Shown in pieces: positions 25,601-39,463 of a stretch of DNA of 64,000 nucleotides. Source of the stretch: Lingula anatina (taxonomy: Eukaryota; Animalia; Brachiopoda); NCBI GenBank assembly GCA_051362555.1, contig CM120644.1:20048534-20112533 (forward strand). The letters run 5' to 3'. The stretch's first letter is position 1, and each line of letters starts with the position of its first letter. Position numbers and translations under genes: made by a program. The notes under the pieces were generated by a model, which ran no database searches, had not been told where the DNA came from, and worked only from the letters and a program-made list of their open reading frames with translations.

Positions 25601-28600
25601 TTGGACAAGATTTGACAAAATTATTAACATTTAACTATTTTAAGTCCTCCTATTTCCTGGTCTTTTCAATGTAATTTTTAGTTTTCCCAAATATATTGTC
25701 CTTAAAACACTTTTTATTAGATACAGTCATTTGATCAGATTATCACAGATTTTTATTGTTGTTAAGCATCTTTTGTACAAATGTCAGAAATATTAGACCA
25801 GATTTGACAAAATTATTAACGTTTAACTATTTTAAGTCATTGAATTTGCCAGTCTTTTCAATGTAATTTTCAGTTCTTTCAGTTATATTGTTCTTTTTCC
25901 AGAGTACCCTTACCATGATAAAACAGGCAGTGAAAGACAAGACCAAGAGCAGCACTATATCTCATCCATTTGTACAGTGCACTATATTTTGCAGGATTTA
26001 GGACATTGTTAGATATTGTGATAACAACAACCCCTTCCAGAATCCCATTGTAAGGAGTAATCTGCATCTGGCATTGGTAGTAAGGAGAAGTCATTTATGG
26101 GTATATATTGTTTTCCAGATGACGGTTTAGGTAACTTGCAACTTCCTACACAAACAACCTCAAATCATCACATTTGCTGTTTTCTTGCAGAGTAAATAAT
26201 ACATTGCAATATTGAAATATTTGTTTCGGTTAATTCTCACTCTTCTGATGATCAATTTTAATGATTAATTTTTTAGTTTATCATCCGAAGACAATACTTT
26301 TCATTAGTCACAGTCAACTTATCAGCTTATCACAGATTCTTATTGTTGTTAAGCATCATTTGTACAAATTTCAGAAACATTGGACAAGATTTGGCAAAAT
26401 TATTAACATTTAACTATTTTAAGTCCTGCGATTTCCTGGTCTTTTCAATGTAATTTTTAGTTTTCCCAAATATATTGTACTTAAAACACTTTTCATTAGA
26501 TACAGTCAACTGATCAGATTATCACAGATTTTTATTGTTCTTAATCATCTTTTGTACAAATTTCAGAAATATTAGACCAGATTTGACAAAATTATTAACG
26601 TTTAACTATTTTAAGTCGTTGAATTTGCCAGTCTTTTCAATGTAATTTTCAGTTCTTTCAGTTATATTGTTCTTTTTCCAGAGTACCCTTACCGTGATAA
26701 AACAGGCAGTGAAAGACAAGACCAAGAGCAGCACTATATCTCATCCATTTGTATAGTGCACTATATTTGGCAGGATTTAGGACATTGTTAGATATTGTGA
26801 TAACAACAACCCCTTCCAGAATCCCGTTGTAAGAAGTAATCTGCATCTGGCATTGGTAGTAAGGAGAAGTCATTTATGGGTATATATTGTTTTCCAGATG
26901 ACGGTTTAGGTAGCTTGCAACTTCCTACACAAACAACCTCAAATCATCACATTTGCTGTTTTCTTGCAGAGTAAATAATACATTGCAATATTGAAATATT
27001 TGTTTCGGTTAATTCTCACTCTTCTGATGATCAATTTTCATGATTAATTTTTTAGTTTATCATCCGAAGACAAAACTTTTCATTAGTCACAGTCAACTTA
27101 TCAGCTTATCACAGATTTTTATTGTTGTTAAGCATCATTTGTGCAAATTTCAGAAATATTGGAACATTTTTGACAAAGATATTAGCATTTAACTATTTTA
27201 AGTCCTACAATTTCCCAGTCTTTTCAATGTAATTTTTAGTTTTCCCAAATATATATTCCTAAAAAAACACTTTTAATTAGTCACAGTCAGCTGATCAGCT
27301 TATCACAGATTTTAATTGTTATTAAGCATCATTTGTGCAAATTTCAGAAATATTGGAACATTTTTGACAAAGTTATTAGCATTTAACTATTTTAAGTCCT
27401 CCGATTTCTCAGTCTTTTCAATGTAATTTTATAGTTGTCCGAAATATATTGTCCTAAAAAAAACTTTTCCTTAGATACAGTCAACTGATCAGCTTATCAC
27501 AGATTTTTATTGTTGTTAAGCATCATTTGTACAAATTTCAGTAACATTGGACAAGATTTGACAAAATTATTAACATTTAACTATTTTAAGTCCTACGATT
27601 TCCCACTCTTTTCAATGTAATTTTATAGTTGTCCAAAATATATTGTCCTAAAAAAAACTTTTCCTTATATACAGTCAACTGATCAGCTTATCACAGATTT
27701 TTATTGTTGTTAAGCATCATTTGTATAAAATTCAGTAACATTGGACAAGATTTGACAAAATTATTAACATTTAACTATTTTAAGTCCTACGATTTCCCAG
27801 TCTTTTCAATGTAATTTTATAGTTGTCCGAAATATATTGTCCTAAAAAAAACTTTTCCTTAGATACAGTCAATTGATCAGCTTATCACAGATTTTTATTG
27901 TTGTTAAGCATCATTTGTACAAATTTCAGTAACATTGGACAAGATTTGACAAAATTATTAACATTTAACTATTTTAAGTCCTGCGATTTCCTGGTCTTTT
28001 CAATGTAATTTTTAGTGTTCCCAAATATATTGTCCTTAAAACACTTTTCATTAGATACAGTCATTTGATCAGATTATCACAGATTTTTATTGTTGTTTAG
28101 CATCTTTTGTACAAGTTTCAGAAATATTAGACGAGATTTGACAAAATTATTAACGTTTAACTATTTTAAGTCATTGAATTTGCCAGTCTTTTCAATGTAA
28201 TTTTCAGTTCTTTCAGTTATATTGTTCTTTTTCCAGAGTACCCTTACCGTGATAAAACAGGCAGTGAAAGACAAGACCAAGAGCAGCACTATATCTCATC
28301 CATTTGTACAGTGCACTATATTTGACAGGATTTAGGACATTGTTAGATATTGTGATAACAACAACCCCTTCCAGAATCCCCTTGTAAGGAGTAATCTGCA
28401 TCTGGCATTGGTAGTAAGGAGAAGTCATTTATGGGTATATATTGTTTTCCAGATGACGGTTTAGGTAACTTGCAACTTCCTACACAAACAACCTCAAATC
28501 ATCACATTTGCTGTTTTCTTTCAGAGTAAATAATACATTGCAATATTGAAATATTTGTTTCGGTTAATTCTCACTCTTCTGATGATCAATTTTCCATGAT

Positions 28601-28647
28601 TAATTTTTTAGTTTATCATCCAAAGACAATGCTTTTCATTAGTCACA

Positions 28648-28861
28648 CACCCCATTCTCATAGATTAGATCGACCTACATTGGATCGACCTAACTCCCTG
28701 GGGGTTCACGCTAAATAGCTGTCAGCCAGGCGGACACGAAAGTTAATTACCCCTTAAAGCTTGTAGTAGGCGGGGACGGACACTTAAGGGGGATTATCTG
28801 ACAGTAATCTAGTGAGACTCCCCGCGGTGATAGATCGATCTAAAAGTTGTGAGAACAGAGC
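28648..28861. mobile_element. 214-bp palindromic MITE inserted in the satellite (copy 2)
   Basis: Near-identical to 4393-4606, at the same monomer position, offset 24,255 bp. Confidence 0.8.
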
Positions 28862-31800
28862 CACAGTCAACTTATCAGCTTATCACAGATTTTTATTGTT
28901 GTTAAGCATCATTTGTGCAAATTTCAGAAATATTGGAACATTTTTGACAAAGTTATTAGCATTTAACTATTTTAAGTCCTACGATTTCCCAGTCTTTATA
29001 ATGTAATTTTTAGTTTTTCCCAAATATATTGTCCTAAAAAAACACTTTTAATTAGTCACAGTCAACTGATCAGATTATCACAGATTTTTATTGTTCTTAA
29101 TCATCTTTTGTGCAAATTTCAGAAATATTGGAACATTTTTGACAAAGTTATTAGCATTTAACTATTTTAAGTCCTCCGATTTCTCAATCTTTTCAATGTA
29201 ATTTTATAGTTGTCCGAAATATATTGTCCTAAAAAAAACTTTTCCTTAGATACAGTCAACTGATCAGCTTATCACAGATTGTTATTGTTGTTAAGCATCA
29301 TTTGTACAAATTTCAGTAACATTGGACAAGATTTGACAAAATTATTAACATTTAACTATTTTAAGTCCTCCTATTTCCTGGTCTTTTCAATGTAATTTTT
29401 AGTTTTCCCAAATATATTGTCCTTAAAACACTTTTCATTAGATACAGTCATTTGATCAGATTATCACAGATTTTTATTGTTGTTAAGCATCTTTTGTACA
29501 AATGTCAGAAATATTAGACCAGATTTGACAAAATTATTAACGTTTAACTATTTTAAGTCATTGAATTTGCCAGTCTTTTCAATGTAATTTTCAGTTCTTT
29601 CAGTTATATTGTTCTTTTTCCAGAGTACCCTTACCATGATAAAACAGGCAGTGAAAGACAAGACCAAGAGCAGCACTATATCTCATCCATTTGTACAGTG
29701 CACTATATTTGGCAGGATTTAAGACATTGTTAGATATTGTGATAACAACAACCCCTTCCAGAATCCCATTGTAAGGAGTAATCTGCATCTGGCATTGGTA
29801 GTAAGGAGAAGTCATTTATGGGTATATATTGTTTTCCAGATGACGGTTTAGGTAACTTGCAACTTCCTACACAAACAACCTCAAATCATCACATTTGCTG
29901 TTTTCTTGCAGAGTAAATAATACATTGCAATATTGAAATATTTGTTTCGGTTAATTCTCACTCTTCTGATGATCAATTTTAATGATTAATTTTTTAGTTT
30001 ATCATCCGAAGACAATACTTTTCATTAGTCACAGTCAACTTATCAGCTTATCACAGATTTTTATTGTTGTTAAGCATCATTTGTACAATTTCAGAAACAT
30101 TGGACAAGATTTGGCAAAATTATTAACATTTAACTATTTTAAGTCCGGCGATTTCCTGGTCTTTTCAATGTAATTTTTAGTTTTCCCAAATATATTGTAC
30201 TTAAAACACTTTTCATTAGATACAGTCAACTGATCAGATTATCACAGATTTTTATTGTTCTTAATCATCTTTTGTACAAATTTCAGAAATATTGGAACAT
30301 TTTTGACAAAGTTATTAGCATTTAACTATTTTAAGTCCTCCGATTTCTCAGTCTTTTCAATGTAATTTTATAGTTGTCCGAAATATATTGTCCTAAAAAA
30401 TAACTTTTCCTTAGATACAGTCAACTGATCAGCTTATCACAGATTTTAATTGTTGTTAAGCATCATTTGTACAAATTTCAGTAACATTGGACAAGATTTG
30501 ACAAAATTATTAACATTTAACTATTTTAAGTCCTACGATTTCCCACTCTTTTCAATGTAATTTTATAGTTGTCCAAAATATATTGTCCTAAAAAAAACTT
30601 TTCCTTAGATACAGTCAACTGATCAGCTTATCACAGATTTTTATTGTTGTTAAGCATCATTTGTACAAATTTCAGTAACATTGGACAAGATTTGACAAAA
30701 TTATTAACATTTAACTATTTTAAGTCCTACGATTTCCCACTCTTTTCAATGTAATTTTATAGTTGTCCAAAATATATTGTCCTAAAAAAAACTTTTCCTT
30801 TGATACAGTCAATTGATCAGCTTATCACAGATTTTTATTTTTGTTAAGCATCATTTGTACAAATTTCAGTAACATTGGACAAGATTTGACAAAATTATTA
30901 ACATTTAACTATTTTAAATCCTGCGATTTCCTGGTCTTTTCAATGTAATTTTATAGTTGTCCAAAATATATTGTCCTAAAAAAAACTTTTCCTTAGATAC
31001 AGTCAACTGATCAGCTTATCACAGATTTTAATTGTTGTTAAGCATCATTTGTACAAAATTCAGTAACATTGGACAAGATTTGACAAAATTATTAACATTT
31101 AACTATTTTAAGTCCTACGATTTCCCAGTCTTTTCAATGTAATTTTATAGTTGTCCGAAATATATTGTCCTAAAAAAAACTTTTCCTTATATACAGTCAA
31201 TTGATCAGCTTATCACAGATTTTTATTGTTGTTAAGCATCATTTGTACAAATTTCAGTAACATTGGACAAGATTTGACAAAATTATTAACATTTAACTAT
31301 TTTAAGTCCTGCGATTTCCTGGTCTTTTCAATTTAATTTTTAGTGTTCCCAAATATATTGTCCTTAAAACACTTTTCATTAGATACAGTCATTTGATCAG
31401 ATTATCACAGATTTTTATTGTTGTTAAGCATCTTTTGTACAAATTTCAGAAATATTAGACCAGATTTGACAAAATTATTAACGTTTAACTATTTTAAGTC
31501 ATTGAATTTGCCAGTCTTTTCAATGTAATTTTCAGTTCTTTCAGTTATATTGTTTCTTTTTCCAGAGTACCCTTACCATGATAAAACAGGCAGTGAAAGA
31601 CAAGACCAAGAGCAGCACTATATCTCATCCATGTGTACAGTGCACTATATTTGGCAGGATTTGGGACATTGTCAGATATTGTGATAACAACAACCCCTTT
31701 CGGAATCCCATTGTAAGGAGTAATCTGCATCTGGCATTGGTAGTAAGGAGAAGTCATTTATGGGTATATATTGTTCTCCAGATGACGGTTTAGGTAACTT

Positions 31801-34800
31801 GCAACTTCCTACACAAACAACCTCAAATCATCACATTTGCTGTTTTCTTTCAGAGTAAATAATACATTGCAATATTGAAATATTTGTTTTGGTTACTTCT
31901 CACTCTTCTGATGATCAATTTTCATGATTAATTTTTTAGTTTATCATCCGAAGACAATACTTTTCATTAGTCACAGTCACCTTATCAGCTTATCACAGAT
32001 TTTTATTGTTGTTAAGCATCATTTGTGCAAATTTCAGAAATATTGGAACATTTTTGACAAAGTTATTAGCATTTAACTATTTTAAGTCCTCCGATTTCTC
32101 AGTCTTTTCAATGTAATTTTATAGTTGTCCGAAATATATTGTCCTAAAAAAAACTTTTCCTTAGATACAGTCAACTGATCAGCTTATCACAGATTTTTAT
32201 TGTTGTTAAGCATCATTTGTACAAATTTCAGTAACATTGGACAAGATTTGACAAAATTATTAACATTTAACTATTTTAAGTCCTACGATTTCCCAGTCTT
32301 TTCAATGTAATTTTATAGTTGTCCGAAATATATTGTCCTAAAAAAAACTTTTCCTTAGGTACAGTCAACTGATCAGCTTATCATAGATTTTTATTGTTGT
32401 TAAGCATCTTTTGTACAAATTTCAGTAACATTGGACAAGATTTGACAAAATTATCAACATTTAACTATTTTAAGTCCTGCTATTACCTTTTCTTTTCAAT
32501 GTAATTTTTTAGTTTTCCCAAATATATTGTCCTTAAAACACTTTTTATTAGATACAGTCAACTGATCAGATTATCGTAGATTTTTGTTGTTGTTAAACAT
32601 CTTTTGTACAAATTTCAGAAATATTGGAACATTTTTTACAAAGTTATTAGCATTTAACTATTTTAAGTCATTGAATTTGACAGTCTTTTCAATGTAATTT
32701 TCAGTTCTTTCAGTTATATTGTTCTTTTTCCAGAGTACCCTTACCATGATAAAACAGGCAGTGAAAGACAAGACCAAGAGCAGCACTATATCTCATCCAT
32801 GTGTACAGTGCACTATATTTGGCAGGATTTGGGACATTGTCAGATATTGTGATAACAACAACCCCTTTCGGAATCCCATTGTAAGGAGTAATCTGCATCT
32901 GGCATTGGTAGTAAGGAGAAGTCATTTATGGGTATATATTGTTCTCCAGATGACGGTTTAGGTAACTTGCAACTTCCTACACAAACAAACTCAAATCATC
33001 ACATTTGCTGTTTTCTTTCAGAGTAAATAATACATTGCAATATTGAAATATTTGTTTTGGTAACTACTCACTCTTCTGATAATCAATTTTCATGATTAAT
33101 TTTTTAGTTTATCATCCGAAGACAATACTTTTCATTAGTCACAGTCAACTTATCAGCTTATCACAGATTTTTATTGTTGTTAAGCATCATTTGTGCAAAT
33201 TTCAGAAATATTGGAACATTTTTAACAAAGTTCCAATGCATTTAACTATTTTAAGTCCTCCGATTTCTCAGTCTTTTCAATGTAATTTTATAGTTGTCCG
33301 AAATATATTGTCCTAAAAAAAACTTTTCCTTAGATACAGTCAACTGATCAGCTTATCACAGATTTTTCTTGTTGTTAAGCATCATTTGTACAAATTTCAG
33401 TAACATTGGACAAGATTTGACAAAATTATTAACATTTAACTATTTTAAGTCCTACGATTTCCCAGTCTTTTCAATGTAATTTTATAGTTGTCCGAAATAT
33501 ATTGTCCTAAAGAAAACTTTTCCTTAGGTACAGTCAACTGATCAGCTTATCATAGATTTTTATTGTTATTAAGCATCTTCTGTACAAATTTCAGTAACAT
33601 TGGACAAGATTTGACAAAATTATTAACATTTAACTATTTTAAGTCCTGCGATTTCCTGGTCTTTTCAATGTAATTTTTAGTTTTCCCAAATATATTGTAC
33701 TTAAAACACTTTTCATTAGATACAGTCAACTGATCAGATTATCACAGATTTTTATTGTTCTTAATCATCTTTTGTACAAATTTCAGAAATATTAGACCAG
33801 ATTTGACAAAATTATTAACGTTTAACTATTTTAAGTCATTGAATTTGCCAGTCTTTTCAATGTAATTTTCAGTTCTTTCAGTTATATTGTTCTTTTTCCA
33901 GAGTACCCTTACCATGATAAAACAGGCAGTGAAAGACAAGACCAAGAGCAGCACTATATCTCATCCATGTGTACAGTGCACTATATTTGGCAGGATTTGG
34001 GACATTGTCAGATATTGTGATAACAACAACCCCTTTCAGAATCCCATTGTAAGGAGTAATCTGCATCTGGCATTGGTAGTAAGGAGAAGTCATTTATGGG
34101 TATATATTGTTCTCCAGATGACAGTTTGGGTAACTTGCAACTTCCTACACAAACAACCTCAAATCATCACATTTGCTGTTTTCTTTCAGAGTAAATAATA
34201 CATTGCAATTTTGAAATATTTGTTTTGGTTACTTCTCACTCTTCTGATGATCAATTTTAATGATTAATTTTTTAGTTTATCATCCGAAGACAATACTTTT
34301 CATTAGTCACAGTCACCTTATCAGCTTATCACAGATTTTTATTGTTGTTAAGCATCATTTGTGCAAATTTCAGAAATATTAGACCAGATTTGACAAAATT
34401 ATTAACGTTTAACTATTTTAAGTCATTGAATTTGCCAGTCTTTTCAATGTAATTTTCAGTTCTTTCAGTTATATTGTTCTTTTTCCAGAGTACCCTTACC
34501 ATGATAAAACAGGCAGTGAAAGACAAGACCAAGAGCAGCACTATATCTCATCCATGTGTACAGTGCACTATATTTGGCAGGATTTGGGACATTGTCAGAT
34601 ATTGTGATAACAACAACCCCTTTCAGAATCCCATTGTAAGGAGTAATCTGCATCTGGCATTGGTAGTAAGATGAAGTCATTTATGGGTATACATTGTTCT
34701 CCAGATGACAGTTTGGGTAATTTGCAACTTCCTACACAAACAACCTCAAATCATCACATTTGCTGTTTTCTTTCAGAGTAAATAATACATTGCAATTTTG

Positions 34801-37800
34801 AAATATTTGTTTTGGTTACTTCTCACTCTTCTGATGATCAATTTTAATGATTAATTTTTTAGTTTATCATCCGAAGACAATACTTTTCATTAGTCACAGT
34901 CAACTTATCAGCTTATCACAGATTTTTATTGTTGTTAAGCATCATTTGTGCAAATTTCAGAAATATTGGAACATTTTTGACAAAGTTATTAGCATTTAAC
35001 TATTTTAAGTCCTACGATTTCCCAGTCTTTATAATGTAATTTTTAGTTTTCCCAAATATATTGTCCTAAAAAAACACTTTTAATTAGTCACAGTCAGCTG
35101 ATCAGCTTATCACAGATTTTAATTGTTATGAAGCATCATTTGTGCAAATTTCAGAAATATTGGAACATTTTTGACAAAGTTATTAGCATTTAACTATTTT
35201 AAGTCCTCCAATTTCTCAGTCTTTTCAATGTAATTTTATAGTTGTCCGAAATATATTGTCCTAAAAAAAACTTTTCCTTAGATACAGTCAACTGATCAGC
35301 TTATCACAGATTTTTCTTGTTGTTAAGCATCATTTGTACAAATTTCAGAAACATTGGACAAGATTTGACAAAATTATTAACATTTAACTATTTTAAGTCC
35401 TGCGATTTCCTGGTCTTTTCAATGTAATTTTTAGTTTTCCCAAATATATTGTACTTAAAACACTTTTCATTAGATACAGTCAACTGATCAGATTATCACA
35501 GATTTTTATTGTTCTTAATCATCTTTTGTACAAATTTCAGAAATATTAGACCAGATTTGACAAAATTATTAACGTTTAACTATTTTAAGTCATTGAATTT
35601 GCCAGTCTTTTCAATGTAATTTTCAGTTCTTTCAGTTATATTGTTCTTTTTCCAGAGTACCCTTACCATGATAAAACAGGCAGTGAAAGACAAGACCAAG
35701 AGCAGCACTATATCTCATCCATGTGTACAGTGCACTATATTTGGCAGGATTTGGGACATTGTCAGATATTGTGATAACAACAACCCCTTTCAGAATCCCA
35801 TTGTAAGGAGTAATCTGCATCTGGCATTGGTAGTAAGGAGAAGTCATTTATGGGTATATATTGTTCTCCAGATGACAGTTTGGGTAACTTGCAACTTCCT
35901 ACACAAACAACCTCAAATCATCACATTTGCTGTTTTCTTTCAGAGTAAATAATACATTGCAATTTTGAAATATTTGTTTTGGTTACTTCTCACTCTTCTG
36001 ATGATCAATTTTAATGATTAATTTTTTAGTTTATCATCCGAAGACAATACTTTTTATTAGTCACAGTCACCTTATCAGCTTATCACAGATTTTTATTGTT
36101 GTTAAGCATCATTTGTGCAAATTTCAGAAATATTAGACCAGATTTGACAAAATTATTAACGTTTAACTATTTTAAGTCATTGAATTTGCCAGTCTTTTCA
36201 ATGTAATTTTCAGTTCTTTCAGTTATATTGTTCTTTTTCCAGAGTACCCTTACCATGATAAAACAGGCAGTGAAAGACAAGACCAAGAGCAGCAATATAT
36301 CTCATCCATGTGTACAGTGCACTATATTTGGCAGGATTTGGGACATTGTCAGATATTGTGATAACAACAACCCCTTTCAGAATCCCATTGTAAGGAGTAA
36401 TCTGCATCTGGCATTGGTAGTAAGATGAAGTCATTTATGGGTATACATTGTTCTCCAGATGACAGTTTGGGTAACTTGCAACTTCCTACACAAACAACCT
36501 CAAATCATCACATTTGCTGTTTTCTTTCAGAGTAAATAATACATTGCAATTTTGAAATATTTGTTTTGGTTACTTCTCACTCTTCTGATGATCAATTTTA
36601 ATGATTAATTTTTTAGTTTATCATCCAAAGACAATACTTTTCATTAGTCACAGTCACCTTATCAGCTTATCACAGATTTTTATTGTTGTTAAGCATCATT
36701 TGTGCAAATTTAAGAAATATTGGAACATTTTTGACAAAGTTATTAGCATTTAACTATTTTAAGTCCTACAATTTCCCAGTCTTTATAATGTAATTTTTAG
36801 TTTTCCCAAATATATTGTCCTAAAAAAACACTTTTAATTAGTCACAGTCAGCTGATCAGCTTATCACAGATTTTAATTGTTATTAAGCATCATTTGTGCA
36901 AATTTCAGAAATATTGGAACATTTTTGACAAAGTTATTAGCATTTAACTATTTTAAGTCCTCCGATTTCTCAGTCTTTTCAATGTAATTTTATAGTTGTC
37001 CGAAATATATTGTCCTAAAAAAAACTTTTCCTTAGATACAGTCAACTGATCAGCTTATCACAGATTTTTCTTGTTGTTAAGCATCATTTGTACAAATTTC
37101 AGAAACATTGGACAAGATTTGACAAAATTATTAACATTTAACTATTTTAAGTCCTGCGATTTCCTGGTCTTTTCAATGTAATTTTTAGTTTTCCCAAATA
37201 TATTGTCCTTAAAACACTTTTCATTAGATACAGTCATTTGATCAGATTATCACAGATTTTTATTGTTGTTAAGCATCTTTTGTACAAATTTCAGAAATAT
37301 TAGACCAGATTTGACAAAATTATTAACGTTTAACTATTTTAAGTCATTGAATTTGCCAGTCTTTTCAATGTAATTTTCAGTTCTTTCAGTTATATTGTTC
37401 TTTTTCCAGAGTACCCTTACCATGATAAAACAGGCAGTGAAAGACAAGACCAAGAGGAGCACTATATCTCATCCATGTGTACAGTGCACTACATTTGGCA
37501 GGATTTGGGACATTGTTAGATATTGTGATAACAACAACCCCTTTCAGAATCCCATTGTAAGGAGTAATCTGCATCTGGCATTGGTAGTAAGGAGAAGTCA
37601 TTTATGGGTATATATTGTTCTCCAGATGACGGTTTAGGTAACTTGCAACTTCCTACACAAACAACCTCAAATCATCACATTTGCTGTTTTCTTTCAGAGT
37701 AAATAATACATTGCAATTTTGAAATATTTGTTTTGGTTAATTCTCACTCTTCTGATGATCAATTTTAATGATTAATTTTTTAGTTTATCATCCGAAGACA

Positions 37801-39457
37801 ATACTTTTCATTAGTCACAGTCAATTTATCAGCTTATCACAGATTTTTATTGTTATTAGGCATCATTTGTGCAATTTCAGAAATATTGGAACATTTTTGA
37901 CAAAGTTATTAGCATTTAACTATTTTAAGTCCTCCGATTTCCCAGTCTTTTCAATGTAATTTTATAGTTGTTCGAAATATATTGTCCTAAAAAAAAACTT
38001 TTCCTTAGATACAGTCAACTGATCAGCTTATCACAGATTTTTATTATTGTTAAGCATCATTTGTACAAATTTCAGATATATTGGACCTTTTTTGACAAAA
38101 TAATTAGCATTTAACTATTTTAAGTCCTGCGATTTACCAATCTTTTCAATGTAATTTTTTAGTTGTCCGAAATATATTGTCCTCAAAGACACTGCTCATT
38201 AAATACACTCAACTGATGAGCTAATCACAGATTTTTATTGTTGTTAAGCATCATTTGTACAAATTTGAGAAACATTGGACAAGATTTGACAAAATTATTA
38301 ACATTTAAGTATTTTAAGGCCTGCAATTTGCCAGTCTTTTCAATGTAATTTTTAGTTTTCCCAAATATATTGTTCTAAAAAAACACTTTTAATTAGTCAC
38401 AGGCAGCTGATCAGCATATCACAGATTTTTATTGTTATTAAGCTTTATTTGCACAAATTTCAGAAATATTGGACTAGTTTTGACAAAATTACTAACGTTT
38501 AACTATTTTAAGTCCTGCAATTTCCCAGTCTTTTCAATGTAATTTTTAGTTTTCACAAATATATTGTCCTTAAAACACTTTTCATTAGATACAGTCAACT
38601 GATCAGCTTATTACAGATTTTTATTGTTGTTAAGCATCATTTGTACAAATTTCAAAAATATTGGACCAGATTTGACAAAATTATTAACGTTTAACTATTT
38701 TAAGTCATATGAGATTTTTCAGTTTTTTCAATGTAATTTTCAATGTTGTCAGTTATATTGTTTTTTTTCCAGAGTACCCTGTTTACTCTTTTAGAATATT
38801 GTAATTGTTGAATTGACTTTTGTGTTATTTAAAATATTGAAAGTGTGCTGTAACATTGGTGTGAATTCCTGATTGCTCAGAGAACCTAAACTTTGGGAAC
38901 AATGATAAAACCTTTTGATACAAGCCATACCTGTTATTGGGGTGAAAATTTCTGATTTTTTAAAACATTTTAAAATGTGTGTCATTTTTCGTACCTGGAT
39001 GACATTGAAACTGTCTCTTTAAAATGATTTGTTTAATGTGCCAGTATGTTCACATACAGGTGGTATATTTGTCTATATATTCTGGTCACTTTGTCTGTCT
39101 ATGCCATTACTGTTTAACACACCTGTAATGTCCACCCTAACTTAACAAACTACAGAACCATTTGCTTTCATAATGTAAAACTTGCGGTAGATATCTCTTT
39201 TCTTTTTTTTATTTTTTACTTTATACAATATTATTTAAGCTAAATAAGTTTTATGTAACGTTTTGCTCTTGGAAAGTGTGCTGACACATTGTACCTGTAA
39301 TGTGCCGTTTTTAGTGTCTGGTGTAAGCTGTATTAGTTTTATCCAAGTTTACTCATGGTTTAGTTATAAAGAATACTGCCAGTGTTAAATGAACTGTTTT
39401 ATACATAACATGAAGGATATATATTGAACATGTGCTGACACTGTATAAGTTGTATGT

Positions 39458-39463
39458 AATAAA
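39458..39463 (+). terminator. Candidate polyadenylation signal AATAAA with downstream GT-rich element
   Basis: tgtaataaataattatggttggccagaagagttgttgttgt at the end of a ~700-bp UTR-like segment that follows a strong acceptor (ttttttttttccag, ending 38772). Confidence 0.35.

Larger units (their letters stand above)
3943..38780 (+). repeat. ~35-kb complex satellite / higher-order tandem array (~194-bp monomers plus 29 ~392-bp A blocks)
   Basis: Monomer cagtcaactgatcagcttatcacagatttttattgttgttaagcatcatttgtacaaatttcag...cttttccttagata recurs at 193-194-bp steps (6161, 6354, 6548, 6742). A blocks start near 3958, 5345, 7288, (8253), 9227, 10393, 11559, 12727, 13896, 14675, 15843, 17206, 17985, 20042, 21208, 22376, 23545, 24324, 25879, 26658, 28213, 29600, 31545, 32710, 33878, 34465, 35632, 36219 and 37386. 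Confidence 0.97.

Noticed and set aside
3958-37637. Repeated 70-103-aa ORFs (MTSPYYQCQ... on minus; MFFFQSTLT.../MIKQAVKDK... on plus) as a tandem protein gene family
   Set aside because: They arise on both strands of the same repeat, show no recognisable domain, and are broken by stops in several copies (e.g. ~12727, ~15843, ~22376). Best explained as by-products of the repeat.
3943-38780. CRISPR-like repeat-spacer array
   Set aside because: No unique spacers, units are hundreds of bp, no cas genes, and the context is eukaryotic with spliceosomal introns.
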